Shown piece after piece: positions 27,635 to 41,282 of a stretch of 64,000 nucleotides of DNA. This stretch comes from a virus. Lineage: Duplodnaviria > Caudoviricetes. The first letter of the stretch is position 1; each line of letters opens with the position of its first letter. The position numbers and the translations under genes were made by a program. The notes under the pieces are model-generated. The model ran no database searches and was not told the DNA's origin. It saw only the letters and a program-made list of their open reading frames with translations. Location of the stretch: IMG/VR virus record IMGVR_UViG_3300045747_000505. One strand, given 5' to 3'.

Positions 27635-28552
27635 ATGCAAGACAAGTACCTCTCTCCGACCCTCGGCGCGGTCGTCATTGCGGTTCTCGCGATGGTTGCC
27701 GTTGACGCCAAGGCGCAGACCGTCATGGGCATCGCCTCGGGCCAGGTCGGCAGCACGACCCACTCGATGATGACCGACGTCGCCAGGGTCTGCCCGAACG
27801 TGAACGTCGTCACCAGCGAAGGCTCGCTCGACAACATCTTCCGCATCTCCAGCGACAAGGCGGTGCAGCTGGGCTACACCCAAGAAGATGCCGCCGTGTA
27901 TCAGAACGGGCAAGACCCCGAGATGATGAAGAAGATTCAGATGCTCTTTCCGCTGTTCAGCGCCGAGATGCACCTGGTCGTTCCCGCAAACAGCAAGATC
28001 AACTCGCTGGCTGATCTGGCCGGCAAGAAGGTCTACGTGTCGGCCGAGGGCACTGGCACCTGGGTTTCGACCGAGGTGATTCGCAAGCTCACTGGCATCG
28101 CGTGGTCTGGCTTCAACATCACCAAGAAGGAAGACGGTCTCAAGGCGATTCAGCAGGGGCTGGTCGATGCTGGCTTCTTCGTCGAGGGTGCACCGGTCAG
28201 CCTGCTCGCGAACGCGCAGGGTATCAAGCTGATTCCGATCAGCCATCCCGCGCTCGACGGCTTCAAGTACTACACCAAGACGATGATCCCGTCGGGTGCT
28301 TACGCGTGGCAGACTGGCACGACGCCGACCTACAAGGTCAAGTTCGCGCTGATGACCTACGCGTTCAAGCAGCAGTACCAAACCGAGATCGGCAGCCTGG
28401 TGTCGTGCATCACGCGCAACATCGGCAAGCTGCAAGCCACCGGCCACGCCAAGTGGCGCAACGTGGACCCGTCCGAGATCGACAAGATCAGCTGGGCGGT
28501 CCATCCCGCGGCTCTGGCCGCGATCAAGCGTGAAACCAAGGGAGGCAAGTGA
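27635..28552 (+). CDS. TAXI-family TRAP transporter solute receptor
   Basis: Signal peptide; IASG...GS, SEGSLDN, LFSAEMHLVV, SLADLAGKKV, GTGT. Confidence 0.85.
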   Translation: MQDKYLSPTLGAVVIAVLAMVAVDAKAQTVMGIASGQVGSTTHSMMTDVARVCPNVNVVTSEGSLDNIFRISSDKAVQLGYTQEDAAVYQNGQDPEMMKKIQMLFPLFSAEMHLVVPANSKINSLADLAGKKVYVSAEGTGTWVSTEVIRKLTGIAWSGFNITKKEDGLKAIQQGLVDAGFFVEGAPVSLLANAQGIKLIPISHPALDGFKYYTKTMIPSGAYAWQTGTTPTYKVKFALMTYAFKQQYQTEIGSLVSCITRNIGKLQATGHAKWRNVDPSEIDKISWAVHPAALAAIKRETKGGK

Positions 28553-28788
28553 TCATGACCATCCTCTACATCGTTCTCGGCTTCATCGCCGTCATCTGGA
28601 TCGCCGTCACCGGCTTCGCCCTGCTAGTGAACGTCATCACCTCGTCTGGCCAGGCCGGCTTCTGGGCCTCCATGTTCCGCCGCTGCACTCCGATGGAGGT
28701 GGCCCTCATGTCGCCTGGTCTGCTTTGGGTCCTGCCGCTCGCAGCAGCCGCTACCGCCATCCGCGGCATTTCACGGCTGCGCAAGTAA
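28549..28788 (+). CDS. Small membrane protein
   Basis: Two TMs; GGGAGG RBS. Confidence 0.55.
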   Translation: MIMTILYIVLGFIAVIWIAVTGFALLVNVITSSGQAGFWASMFRRCTPMEVALMSPGLLWVLPLAAAATAIRGISRLRK

Positions 28789-28792
28789 GACG

Positions 28793-29314
28793 ATGGCCAC
28801 GCACCTCATTCCGACCGTCGGCGCCACGTGGACTCGCGCCACCAAGGTCGACGGCCTCAAGGCCAAGCACATGGGCGCTCTGCTGACGGACAACACCGTC
28901 GTCAGCAAGTTCCTCATCGACACGATCGAGGGTGAGGAGCCCATCGAGCCGACGAACATGTTCTGCATCGGCGTGACGAATGATGCGTGGCAGCAGCCGC
29001 CGCGAAAGCTGCTGCGCAAGTACGACGTCATCGACGTCACACCCGACGGTTGGCTCGTCTGCGTACCGAAGCCTGACAACCGCATCGACTACTTCACGCT
29101 CACGCTCGAGCACGTCTCGAAGTTCGTCGACGCTCGCATGGGTGACACGTTCGTCATTCAAGGCATCTACGGCAAGACCATGCCTGGCCTAGGCGAGAAC
29201 ATGCAAGAGCTCGTCATCGGCGATGCCATCTGCCGCCAGGTCAATGAGTTCACCGACCAGTGGGTCGTCGAGAAATCGCTGTTCGCCAGGTCCTACAAAG
29301 ATGTAACGACCTAA
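28793..29314 (+). CDS. Hypothetical protein
   Basis: Phage codon usage, fills the gap. Confidence 0.7.
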   Translation: MATHLIPTVGATWTRATKVDGLKAKHMGALLTDNTVVSKFLIDTIEGEEPIEPTNMFCIGVTNDAWQQPPRKLLRKYDVIDVTPDGWLVCVPKPDNRIDYFTLTLEHVSKFVDARMGDTFVIQGIYGKTMPGLGENMQELVIGDAICRQVNEFTDQWVVEKSLFARSYKDVTT

Positions 29315-29418
29315 CCTAAACTGTTACGCTTTCGACCCAACCAGGATCTCGAAAGCGTGGTATAATCACTCAACGCTCTGAAAGCGCTTTCCATCAACCT
29401 ACCCAAGGAACTTTCCAC

Positions 29419-30078
29419 ATGACCAAAGCCGTCCTCTTCGTTTCGTCCAACATTCAAGCCGCGCTGCTCAACGAGTTCCTGCTCGCCGAGATGCAGGACG
29501 GCTTCTGGCGTGACATGCGTCCCGCCGGCCACGGCGCCGTCTGGGCCGGCGTCTCAGTCATGGTGACGCCCACCGATGCCGTCGGTCCGCTCGGCTTCAC
29601 GCCGTTGAAGAACTACGACTTCCTCAATCCCGAGTTCACCAAGCTGAACGAAGCCAAGCTGGTCGCCATTGCGCAGACCGTCAAACCCAACATGACCTTC
29701 AAGGCCCTGAAGAAGGAGCTCATCGAGCTGGCCCGCATCATCGGCGGTCGCATGACCGACAAGACCAAGGAGCCTGCACGCCTCTTCCGTGGCAACAACC
29801 GCGCCGACTTCGACGTGATCCGCTCGGTCGAACGCCAAAAGGTCGTGACCGTCGCCGGCGCCAAGGCGGCAGTCGATGCCGCTGCCGCTGACGTCAAGAA
29901 GACCGCCGTCAAGAAGAAGACTGAACCCATCGCCGAGCCGGTGGTCGCCGCCAAGAAGACCGCAACCAAGAAGTCCAACAAGGTCAAGCTCGACGTCGAA
30001 GAAGGCGTGACCATCACCGTGACCTCGAGTGGCGCCACCGTTCGCAAGGTCGCCGCCAAGACCACCGCCAAGGCCTGA
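29419..30078 (+). CDS. Hypothetical protein with Lys/Ala-rich histone-like C-terminus
   Basis: AAGGA RBS; VKKTAVKKK, AAKKTATKKSNK, RKVAAKTTAKA. Confidence 0.8.
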   Translation: MTKAVLFVSSNIQAALLNEFLLAEMQDGFWRDMRPAGHGAVWAGVSVMVTPTDAVGPLGFTPLKNYDFLNPEFTKLNEAKLVAIAQTVKPNMTFKALKKELIELARIIGGRMTDKTKEPARLFRGNNRADFDVIRSVERQKVVTVAGAKAAVDAAAADVKKTAVKKKTEPIAEPVVAAKKTATKKSNKVKLDVEEGVTITVTSSGATVRKVAAKTTAKA

Positions 30079-30081
30079 ACC

Positions 30082-30360
30082 ATGGCAACCCTCACCACGA
30101 CTGTCGAGCTGATGCCGTTCGCCGTACCAGATGGTGTCATTGTCAAGCAGCCGCCACGCAACCGTGGCGATGGTTTCTCACCATTGCCGAAGATGAATCT
30201 GAACCAGCTGGACTACGCGACGCTCGATGCCCTTTGCCGAGAGTGGCGTGCCGAAGTGTTCAGCCGAGCCGGTGTTACCGACAGCGCGCCGTCCGCGACG
30301 CGCTCGGCCTACGTCAACAACTTCTCGCAGTGGGACGACGGCGCCATCGAACCGCGCTGA
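30082..30360 (+). CDS. Hypothetical protein
   Basis: Follows previous gene; terminator downstream. Confidence 0.65.
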   Translation: MATLTTTVELMPFAVPDGVIVKQPPRNRGDGFSPLPKMNLNQLDYATLDALCREWRAEVFSRAGVTDSAPSATRSAYVNNFSQWDDGAIEPR

Positions 30361-30380
30361 GTTCAGCGCACCCAACGACA

Positions 30381-30401
30381 GGGACCGAACGGTCCCTTTT
30401 T
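30381..30401 (+). terminator. Rho-independent terminator
   Basis: GGGACCG-AA-CGGTCCC-TTTTT. Confidence 0.7.
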
Positions 30402-30593
30402 GGTGCCCGCAAGATTATAACATTATCCCAGCGTAATACAGGATGATGCCGATGATTTAACAGAGGATAATGAGAACTACTTCACAGTCTGAGTAAGGTT
30501 AAGCGACGTAAATGTAGGCGTAATGTTGTATAATGCTCCCAGAGCACTGAACAACAGCATGCTCGACCCCCATACTCTAAAGGGCACCTACAC

Positions 30594-33365
<2,772 letters not shown>

Positions 33366-33411
33366 GGCGTGATCAACGGGGAGGCTTCGGCCTCCACTCA
33401 CTGAGCCAACC

Positions 33412-34401
33412 ATGACTCGCAAAGCAATTCTTCTGGCCAGCAGCCTGCTCATCGCGCTGCTGGCCTTTTTTGTACTCCTCACTCAACCAACCGCTGCGGC
33501 TGAACGGCTCGGCACCGGCAACGAGACTTGGGGAGCTGACTACTTTCCAAACTACGTGCTGACCGATCAAGACGGTAAGCAACACAAGTTCTACGATGAC
33601 CTGCTCAAGAACAAGGTCGTCTCCATCAATCTGATCTTCACAAGCTGCTCAGCGACCTGTGGTCTTGAGACGGCTCGCCTTCGTGAGGTCAAGCGTCTGC
33701 TCGGTGACCGCCTTGGCAAGGACGTGTTCTTCTACTCGATCAGCATCGACCCACTCAACGACACACCCGCCGCGCTGAAGGAGTACGCCAAGCGCTTCGA
33801 TGTCGACGTCAAGGGCTGGAGGTTTCTGACTGGCAAGCCGAAGGACATCGAGGTCATTCGCCAGAAGCTGGGCATGTACGACGACCTCATTGGCGAGGAC
33901 AAGAACAAGAGCGACCACGTGCTGCACACGATGCTTGGCAATCAAGCCACTGGGCGCTGGATGAAGGGGTCGCCGTACGAGAACCCAGCCTACACGGCCG
34001 ACCAACTTGGAAGCTGGCTGCACAACTACAAGGACTATCGTGGCGACGTCGCTCGCTTCGAAGCGGCGCCAACCTATCTGCGCAATCAATCGGACGGTGA
34101 GAAGCTGTTCCGTCATCGCTGTCAGTCGTGCCACACCATTGGCAGCACTAGCGGTGATCGACCACTTGGACCAGATCTTCAAGACGTCGTGAAGCGACGC
34201 GATGCGAAGTGGTTGAGCCGTTGGTTGCGCGAGCCGAACCGAATGATCGCCGAGAAGGATCCAATCGCACTCGAGCTGCTGGCTCGCTACAAGATTCCGA
34301 TGCCGAACATCAGCCTCGATGATCACGATGTCAGACTGCTTGTTGAGTTCATGGCTGCCGAGAGCGCGCTGACACCGGACAGAAAGAACCTCAGATCATA
34401 A
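33412..34401 (+). CDS. SCO1/SenC copper chaperone fused to c-type cytochrome
   Basis: Signal peptide; CSATC (CxxxC), FYSISIDP, conserved His; CQSCH heme motif, GPDL, axial Met in MP. Confidence 0.92.
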   Translation: MTRKAILLASSLLIALLAFFVLLTQPTAAAERLGTGNETWGADYFPNYVLTDQDGKQHKFYDDLLKNKVVSINLIFTSCSATCGLETARLREVKRLLGDRLGKDVFFYSISIDPLNDTPAALKEYAKRFDVDVKGWRFLTGKPKDIEVIRQKLGMYDDLIGEDKNKSDHVLHTMLGNQATGRWMKGSPYENPAYTADQLGSWLHNYKDYRGDVARFEAAPTYLRNQSDGEKLFRHRCQSCHTIGSTSGDRPLGPDLQDVVKRRDAKWLSRWLREPNRMIAEKDPIALELLARYKIPMPNISLDDHDVRLLVEFMAAESALTPDRKNLRS

Positions 34402-34427
34402 TACGCTGAACCTAGATTGACCACTAG

Positions 34428-34458
34428 AGGGGTGTGACTTTTGTCACACCCCTTTTTT
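34428..34458 (+). terminator. Rho-independent terminator
   Basis: AGGGGTGTGAC-TTTT-GTCACACCCCT plus T-run. Confidence 0.8.
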
Positions 34459-34558
34459 GTTGGGTTCGCTTCTTAACGTTCACTTAACTCTCGGTCTCTA
34501 TAATGCAGACAGCATCGAAACGGTGCGCAAGTTCTCAAACCACCTCAAGAGGTAATCA

Positions 34559-37500
34559 ATGACAAATCGCAAGAAGTTTCACTCGAGCCCAGTCGCTCTG
34601 GCCGTCGGAACTTTCGTTGCGCTCACCACCCTATCGGCTCAAGCCGGTCCGGGCTATGGTGACGCATACGATCTCAACAACGTCCCCTTCGTCGTTCAGT
34701 CCTACTTCGCCTCCAGCCCGAGCGGTGCTCGTCTCTGGACCGACGTGCAACCCGATGGCACCACCACCGGCGTCGCCGATCCTCTGACCGGTGCACCCGC
34801 TGGCTACAGCCCCGCCAACCGTCTCGCCTATCAGGCCGCTGTCGCTGCCATGTACCCCGGCGGCTATCCCGGCACCGGCAAGGCTCTGCGCAAGTTCGTC
34901 GACCCACTGCCGCTGCCCGGCCAGGTCGTGACCCTCGCTGATGGCGTCACGAAGAAGTCGCTGACCGTCGCGTCGGCCATCAAGTGGGTGAACCCCGAGG
35001 GCGTCCTGACCGGTGACGACTACTACGAGATCGCCGTCGTCGAGTACAGCGAGAAGTTCCACAGCGACCTGCCGAAGGCTTCGACGCTGCGCGGCTACGT
35101 TCAGATCGACCACGTTGCATCGAACAGCGCTGGTGCCACCACGCTGCCTGGCTCCAAGAACCTGGCCCTCTACTACCCGAACAGCTCCGGCGTTGTCGCC
35201 TTCGCAGCCACCGACGTGGTGCCAGCCGATGCCAAGCCGATCATGATCGGTCAGACCGACGCCAACGGCAAGCTGACCGGCGTTCAAGTTCAAGCCCGCG
35301 TCTTCGAGGCACCGCACTACCTCGGTGGTTCGATCGCCGCTACTCAGAACGTCCCCGTTCGCCTCAAGTTCCTGAACCTGCTCCCAGTCGGCCGTGCCAC
35401 GCTGGACGTCAATGGCAAGGTCATCGCCCGCAACGGCGACCTGTTCCTGCCAGTCGACCCGTCAATCGCTGGTGCCGGCTTCGGTCCCGATGGCATGACG
35501 CAGTACACGCAGAACCGCGCCAACGTTCACCTTCACGGTGGCGACACGGCATGGATCAGCGATGGCACTCCGCACCAGTGGATCACGCCGGCCGGCGAAG
35601 CCGACGCAACCGTCGCTGGCTCGCTCGCCGCTGACCCGACCATCGACCCGACCATCCTCGGCAACTTCGTGCGCGGTGTCAGCGCCGTCAACGTGCCGGA
35701 CATGAACGACCCGGGCGCTGGCGCCCAGACACTGTACTTCCCGAACGGCCAATCGGCCCGCTTCGAGTGGTATCACGACCACTCGCTCGGCATCACACGC
35801 CTGAACGTGATGGCCGGTATCGCCGCCGGCTACTTCCTCACCGACGCCGTCGAAGCCGACCTCATCGCTCGCAAGGTCATCCCCGATGGCGCTCACACGC
35901 TGCCGCTGGTGCTGCAAGAGAAGTCCTTCGTGCCCGCCGACATCGCGCTGCAAGACGCTCGCTGGGATACGGCCGCTTGGGGTTCCAATGGCGACCTGTG
36001 GTACCCGCACGTCTATGAGACCGTGCAAGATCCGGGTCAAGCGACCAACTTCAACGCGGTTGGTCGTTGGCACTGGGGTCCGTGGTTCTGGCCTTCGTTC
36101 CCGTCGCTGTACAACCTGCCGACCGGCGTCTATGGTGACGTGACCACCGTGCCCGAAGCCTGGGGTGATACCGCGCTCGTCAATGGCGTGGCCTACCCGA
36201 CCGTGGCCGTCGACCCGACGGCCTATCGTCTGCGCATCCTCAACGCGTCCAACGACCGCTTCTTCACGTTCAACATGTTCGTGGCAGACAGCACCGTGAC
36301 GGCCGATGACGGCCGCACCAACACCGAAGTCAAGATGGTGCCTGTCAACTCGTGGACCACGCTGTGCGCCCCCGGTGTGACGAAGTCTGACGGCGTCTGC
36401 ACGCCCGATACCTGGTCCACCGACGTCTATGGCCACAACGGCGGCGTCCCCGATGCCACCACACAAGGCCCGACCTTCTATCAGATCGCATCTGAAGGTG
36501 GTCTGCTGCCTGGCGTTGCGACCAAGGACTCGATGCCCGTCTCGTACCTGCTCGACAAGGGTCGTGCCGCCGTGCTGAACGTCGACTACGGCGCCTCCGG
36601 CCTGCACCTCGGCAACGCCGAACGTGCCGATGGCATCGTCGACTTCTCGGCCTACGCTGGCAAGACGCTGATCGTGTACAACGACTCTGGCGCTCCCGTC
36701 CCGGCCGCCGACCCGCGCAACGAGTACTTCACCGGCTACGGCGACAACTCGGCCACTGGCGGCGCTGAAGACACGCGTCCTGGCTACGGCCCGAACACAC
36801 GCACGCTGATGCAGATCGTGGTTCGTCCGACGGCCATCGGCCCGGTTGCTGCCCCGCTCAACAAGGCTGCACTCGACGCTGAAATCAAGACCGCCTACAA
36901 GGCTTCGCAACCGGCACCCGTCGTCGCTCAGTCCGCCTACAACGGCGCGCTCGGCACCACGTGGACCGACACCAAGGCCTTCGCCTCGATCTACACCGGC
37001 TCGCTCAAGTCGCCAACGTTCGACTTCGTGCCCGGCAGCCTGATCCCAGCGCTGTTCAACTCGATCCTCGTGTCCAACATGGGTGCCGGCTATCTGACGC
37101 CGCCCGATGTCACGCTGACCGGTGGTGGCGGTACTGGCGCAACGGCCACCGCATCGCTGAAGATCGACAAGCTGCACGTCGTCAATGGTGGCAGCGGCTA
37201 CACCGTCGCTCCGACCGTGACCATCACGTCGCTCGGCAAGGGCTCTGGTGCTGGCGCTACGACCACGCTGAAGGTGAACGCGATCAAGATCACCGCTGGT
37301 GGTGCTGGCTACAGCAGCACGAAGCCGCCGGTCGTGACGTTCGCCAAGCCGTCCGGCTTCACGCTCGCCGCTGATGGCCGCACTCGCGTCCCTGGTGTTC
37401 AGGCAACTGGCACCGCCGTCGTGAGCACCACTGGCACGATCACTGGCATCACCGTGACGAACGCCGGCTCTGGCTACGCTTCGGCTCCGACCGTGACCTT

Positions 37501-39313
37501 CTCCAGCGTCGGCACCACCGGCACTGGCGCTCGTGCCACGACCACCGGCTCCGTCGCCGCGCTGCTGCTGAACATCCCTGATCCGCTGAACCCTGGCACT
37601 GCTGGCGGTGGTGGCTACGACAACCTCGTGACCCTCGCAACCGTGGACGCTACCTCGACCGTCGCTGGTCTGACCATCACGCTGACCGCTCCGCCGGTTG
37701 GTGGTGTGACTGCTACGGCTGGTGCGACTGGCAAGGTCTTCGACATCACCTTCACGAACCTCGGCAAGAACTACACCTCGGCTCCGACCGTGGCTGTGAC
37801 GGCTCCCGTCGCCAACACCGTGCTCGCCGCACCGCTGGTCACAGCAGCTGCGTCGACCGATACGGCCGCTGGTGTTCCGCAAGGTCGAATCCTCGTCAAG
37901 ACCAAGGCGATTCAGGAGCTCTTCGAGCCGACCTACGGCCGACTCAACGCTACGCTGGGTGTCGAGATTCCGTTCACTAGCGCGCTGACACAGACGACGA
38001 TCCCGCTGGGTTACGTCGATCAGGCGACCGAAGAATTCGCCGACGGTGAAGTTCAGATCTGGAAGATCACGCACAACGGTGTGGACAGCCACCCAGTGCA
38101 CTTCCACCTGCTCAACGTGCAGCTGATCAACCGCGTGGGTTGGGACAACTTCGTCACGCCGCCCGAGCCGAACGAGTTGGGCTGGAAGGAGACGGTCAAG
38201 ATGTCGCCGCTGGAAGACGTGATCGTCGCTGTTCGCGCCAAGAAGCCGACGCTGCCCGGCTTCGGTCTGCCGAACAGCCAGCGCCTGCAAGATCCGACGC
38301 AGCCCGAAGGTGCGATGACCGGCTTCACGCAGATCGACCCGAACACTGGTCTGCCGGCTCCGATGACCAACATGTTCGTCGACTACGGTTGGGAATACGT
38401 CTGGCACTGCCACATCCTCGGCCACGAAGAAAACGACTTCATGCGCGCCATCAAGTTCAACGCCAACGAAGCGATGCCAATCGCCGGCGTGCTGACTGGT
38501 GTGCAAGCTGGTTCGACCGTGGCGCTGAACTGGACCGACCTGTCGCAGACCGAGTTCATGTACCGCGTCGAGCGTGCTGCCCCTGGTGGTACGGTCTGGA
38601 CGGTGCTCGACAACCTGCTGGCCAACAGCACGAAGTACGTCGACCTCACGGCCGGTCTCAACGCGAACTACGACTACCGCGTCGTCGCAGTGGGTCAAGC
38701 TGGTGAAGTCGCTTCGAACGTGGTCGCAGTTCGCTCGATGCCGTCTGGTCTCGGTGCTCTGACCTTCGTGCCGCGCACCATTGCTCCAGTGACTCTCAAC
38801 TGGGGTGACGCAACCGCCGAGACGTCGTATCAAGTTCAACGTGCCGTCAGCGGTTCGACGAACTTCGCTACGATCGCCACGCTGGCTGCCGATGCCGTGA
38901 CCTACACCGACAACACCGCCGTGGGCACCACGGCCTACGTCTACCGTGTCATCGCGCTGAACGCCTCGGGTCAAGCCGTGTCGAACACCGTCAATGTGCC
39001 GATCGTGCCGCTAGCTCTGCCTGGCGCTCCGAGAAGCCTGAATGGCAACAAGACGAACATCAACGCTTCGATGGCTCGCATCACGTTGACCTGGCGCGCT
39101 CCGACCACCGGTGGTGCAGTGGCTTCGTACATCATTCAGTCGTGCTCCGGCCCGACGAACTGCACGAACTTCACGCAGCTTGCCACGACGGCGAACCTGA
39201 CCTACACAACCGGTCAAGTCAACCGTGGAACGCCGTTCAGCTTCCGCATCCAGGCGGTGAATGCCGCTGGCAAGTCGACGACGTTCAGCAACGTGTTCCG
39301 CGTCACACCGTAA
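34559..39313 (+). CDS. Giant secreted multicopper oxidase 2 (1584 aa; MofA-like putative Mn(II) oxidase) with C-terminal FN3 repeats
   Basis: Sec signal (AQA); Cu motifs [32 protein letters not shown]; about three FN3-like repeats (LNW...Y-V-R...Y-YRV-A). Confidence 0.92.
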   Translation: MTNRKKFHSSPVALAVGTFVALTTLSAQAGPGYGDAYDLNNVPFVVQSYFASSPSGARLWTDVQPDGTTTGVADPLTGAPAGYSPANRLAYQAAVAAMYPGGYPGTGKALRKFVDPLPLPGQVVTLADGVTKKSLTVASAIKWVNPEGVLTGDDYYEIAVVEYSEKFHSDLPKASTLRGYVQIDHVASNSAGATTLPGSKNLALYYPNSSGVVAFAATDVVPADAKPIMIGQTDANGKLTGVQVQARVFEAPHYLGGSIAATQNVPVRLKFLNLLPVGRATLDVNGKVIARNGDLFLPVDPSIAGAGFGPDGMTQYTQNRANVHLHGGDTAWISDGTPHQWITPAGEADATVAGSLAADPTIDPTILGNFVRGVSAVNVPDMNDPGAGAQTLYFPNGQSARFEWYHDHSLGITRLNVMAGIAAGYFLTDAVEADLIARKVIPDGAHTLPLVLQEKSFVPADIALQDARWDTAAWGSNGDLWYPHVYETVQDPGQATNFNAVGRWHWGPWFWPSFPSLYNLPTGVYGDVTTVPEAWGDTALVNGVAYPTVAVDPTAYRLRILNASNDRFFTFNMFVADSTVTADDGRTNTEVKMVPVNSWTTLCAPGVTKSDGVCTPDTWSTDVYGHNGGVPDATTQGPTFYQIASEGGLLPGVATKDSMPVSYLLDKGRAAVLNVDYGASGLHLGNAERADGIVDFSAYAGKTLIVYNDSGAPVPAADPRNEYFTGYGDNSATGGAEDTRPGYGPNTRTLMQIVVRPTAIGPVAAPLNKAALDAEIKTAYKASQPAPVVAQSAYNGALGTTWTDTKAFASIYTGSLKSPTFDFVPGSLIPALFNSILVSNMGAGYLTPPDVTLTGGGGTGATATASLKIDKLHVVNGGSGYTVAPTVTITSLGKGSGAGATTTLKVNAIKITAGGAGYSSTKPPVVTFAKPSGFTLAADGRTRVPGVQATGTAVVSTTGTITGITVTNAGSGYASAPTVTFSSVGTTGTGARATTTGSVAALLLNIPDPLNPGTAGGGGYDNLVTLATVDATSTVAGLTITLTAPPVGGVTATAGATGKVFDITFTNLGKNYTSAPTVAVTAPVANTVLAAPLVTAAASTDTAAGVPQGRILVKTKAIQELFEPTYGRLNATLGVEIPFTSALTQTTIPLGYVDQATEEFADGEVQIWKITHNGVDSHPVHFHLLNVQLINRVGWDNFVTPPEPNELGWKETVKMSPLEDVIVAVRAKKPTLPGFGLPNSQRLQDPTQPEGAMTGFTQIDPNTGLPAPMTNMFVDYGWEYVWHCHILGHEENDFMRAIKFNANEAMPIAGVLTGVQAGSTVALNWTDLSQTEFMYRVERAAPGGTVWTVLDNLLANSTKYVDLTAGLNANYDYRVVAVGQAGEVASNVVAVRSMPSGLGALTFVPRTIAPVTLNWGDATAETSYQVQRAVSGSTNFATIATLAADAVTYTDNTAVGTTAYVYRVIALNASGQAVSNTVNVPIVPLALPGAPRSLNGNKTNINASMARITLTWRAPTTGGAVASYIIQSCSGPTNCTNFTQLATTANLTYTTGQVNRGTPFSFRIQAVNAAGKSTTFSNVFRVTP

Positions 39314-39341
39314 TCGAAAGACCGCTCAGGCGGTCTCCTGT

Positions 39342-39367
39342 AAAGGGCTCCTTCGGGAGCCCTTTTT
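39342..39367 (+). terminator. Rho-independent terminator
   Basis: AAAGGGCTCC-TTCG-GGAGCCCTTTTT. Confidence 0.85.
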
Positions 39368-39483
39368 GCGTTTGAACCTAACCTAAAAACAGACAACATG
39401 GGGTCGACGCCCGATATATAATAAGAGCATGCTGAGAACACAGAGTTCGAAGCGCTTCACAAGTCAACTCGAGGAGCTCGAAC

Positions 39484-40137
39484 ATGACGACCAAGGTTCA
39501 CTACCTCTACAAGACTGTCTGTCAAGCGACTGGTCGGTTCTATGTAGGAATGCACAGCACTACGAACATCGACGATGGATACATAGGTTCAGGTGACCTG
39601 TTGCAAGCGTCCGTCAAAAAATACGGCAAAGCGGCGCATGTAAAACAGATCCTCGAGATGCTCCCGTCTCGTGAGGCGCTGAAGCTCGCCGAAAAGGCGC
39701 TGATCACCGAAGACCTTCTAAAGGATCGTCGGTGTATGAATGTTGCACCAGGCGGAGGAGGCGGGCGACACGCCGGCTTTACGCATGATGAGGCCACCAA
39801 ACAGAAGATCGGCAAGAACACCCGTTCGCGCGACACGATGGTTCGTGAGAAAATATCTCGTGCGTTGGTTGGACGCACCAACGATGAACATTCTGCTCGC
39901 CAACTCGCCAGGTTTGCAGACAAATCCAATCATCCAAAAACCAAAACGCTGTGCTTGACATCGCCGGATGGAGCTTCTGCATCATTCGTTGGCTACGAAG
40001 CATTTTACACTCGATGCAAAGAGCTCTCAATCTCTGCAACGCGATTGATCAAGTTCTTTGGATCCGCAGTGCCAGACGGCACTGTCAAGGGCGGTAAAAC
40101 CGTCACACATAATACCATTGGCTGGAGCCTCAAATGA
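39484..40137 (+). mobile_element. Free-standing GIY-YIG homing endonuclease (Seg-like) with NUMOD3-type motif
   Basis: YLYKT...FYVGMHST...DGYIGSG; NVAPGG; HDEATKQKI; more A-rich codon usage than neighbours. Confidence 0.85.
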
Positions 40138-41279
40138 AAGATGTCTGCGTATATGTCGGTCGCTTCTCGCCGTTCCACCTGGGCCACGCCTACGTGCTCG
40201 AACAGGCTCTGAAAAGCTACAAGCTGGTTGTCGTGCTGGTCGGATCGTCCGACAAGGCTCGCACGCCCCGCAATCCGTTCACCTTCGACGAACGGCGTGA
40301 CATGATCTACAGTTGGGCCGGCATGCCTGACAACCTCATCGTTCTGCCGATGCGCGACTTCGCCTCCAACAACATGTGGATCAAGTCGGTGCAGGCAACC
40401 GTGAAGGGTGCCATCAAGAACTTCTGCCATCCGCGTCGCCTGATCCTCACGGACATCTACTTGACCGGCTCTGATCGCGACGACACGACCTGGTATCTGA
40501 ACGCCTTCCCGCAGTGGAAGACTGACCTGCTCCCGCCGCGCCAGCACAACCCAGGCACCGCCAACGACCTGAGCGCGACGAGCGTTCGCGAGGTTCTGTA
40601 CGAGACGCCTGATCGCTTGATCGCCACCAACGTGCTGCGGCTGATGAACAAGCTGCCGCTGTCCACCGTCAAGTTCCTCGAGAACTTCGTGACTCGCGAG
40701 GACTCGCCGATCTGGGCGCTGCGCAAGGAGTACGAGTTCGTCGCCAAGTCGAAGGCAGCCTGGGCCGGTGCGCCGTACCCAGTGAACTTCATGGCCGCCG
40801 ACGCCGTCATCATTCAGTCTGGCCACGTGCTCGTCGTCAAGCGCGGGAACTATCCAGGCTACGGCCTCTGGGCTCTGCCTGGCGGCTACGTGAACGTCAA
40901 TGAGCGCATTCGTGCTGCCGCTGTTCGTGAGGCCATGGAGGAGACCGGCATTCGCCTCACCACCGGCAAGCGCGCTGAAGAGCTGACCCGAATCATGCTC
41001 AACAGCTCCATTCGGGATCATGAGATCTTTGATGACCCGAAGCGTAGCGAACGTGGTAGAATGATCACCGTAGCGTATCTGATGCGCCTCGATGACACGA
41101 AGCCGCTACCCGCCGTGGCTGGACAGAAGATTCCCTTCTACGAGGCCGATGGCAAGGACGAGCTCGAGACCCTCGAGGTGATCTGGCTCCCGCTCGACCG
41201 AGCATTCGACAATCCGACCAACTGGTTCGAAGACCACCTGCAGATCCTTCAATGGGGTGCAGATCAACTGGATGACTGA
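40134..41279 (+). CDS. nadM: Bifunctional NMN adenylyltransferase / ADP-ribose pyrophosphatase (NadM-Nudix)
   Basis: GRFSPFHLGH (HxGH), RNPFTF, SATSVR; Nudix box GG...ERIRAAAVREAMEETG; DDPKRSERGR. Confidence 0.95.
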   Translation: MKDVCVYVGRFSPFHLGHAYVLEQALKSYKLVVVLVGSSDKARTPRNPFTFDERRDMIYSWAGMPDNLIVLPMRDFASNNMWIKSVQATVKGAIKNFCHPRRLILTDIYLTGSDRDDTTWYLNAFPQWKTDLLPPRQHNPGTANDLSATSVREVLYETPDRLIATNVLRLMNKLPLSTVKFLENFVTREDSPIWALRKEYEFVAKSKAAWAGAPYPVNFMAADAVIIQSGHVLVVKRGNYPGYGLWALPGGYVNVNERIRAAAVREAMEETGIRLTTGKRAEELTRIMLNSSIRDHEIFDDPKRSERGRMITVAYLMRLDDTKPLPAVAGQKIPFYEADGKDELETLEVIWLPLDRAFDNPTNWFEDHLQILQWGADQLDD

Positions 41280-41282
41280 ACA

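Noticed and set aside
30513-30518. ATGTAG upstream of MCO1 as another amber minigene
   Set aside because: It lies between the -35 and -10 regions of the predicted promoter, upstream of the TSS, so it would not be transcribed from it
34432-34449. GTGTGACTTTTGTCACAC as a CusR/CopR copper box upstream of MCO2
   Set aside because: It is the stem of a GC-clamped hairpin followed by a U-tract right after the SCO gene, so a terminator is more parsimonious
35462-38974. Very long minus-strand ORFs (also 8635-10002, 16072-17445, 21187-22305, 31014-32420 and others)
   Set aside because: Shadows of GC-rich + strand genes with strong codon bias; they have no motifs and fully overlap well-supported genes
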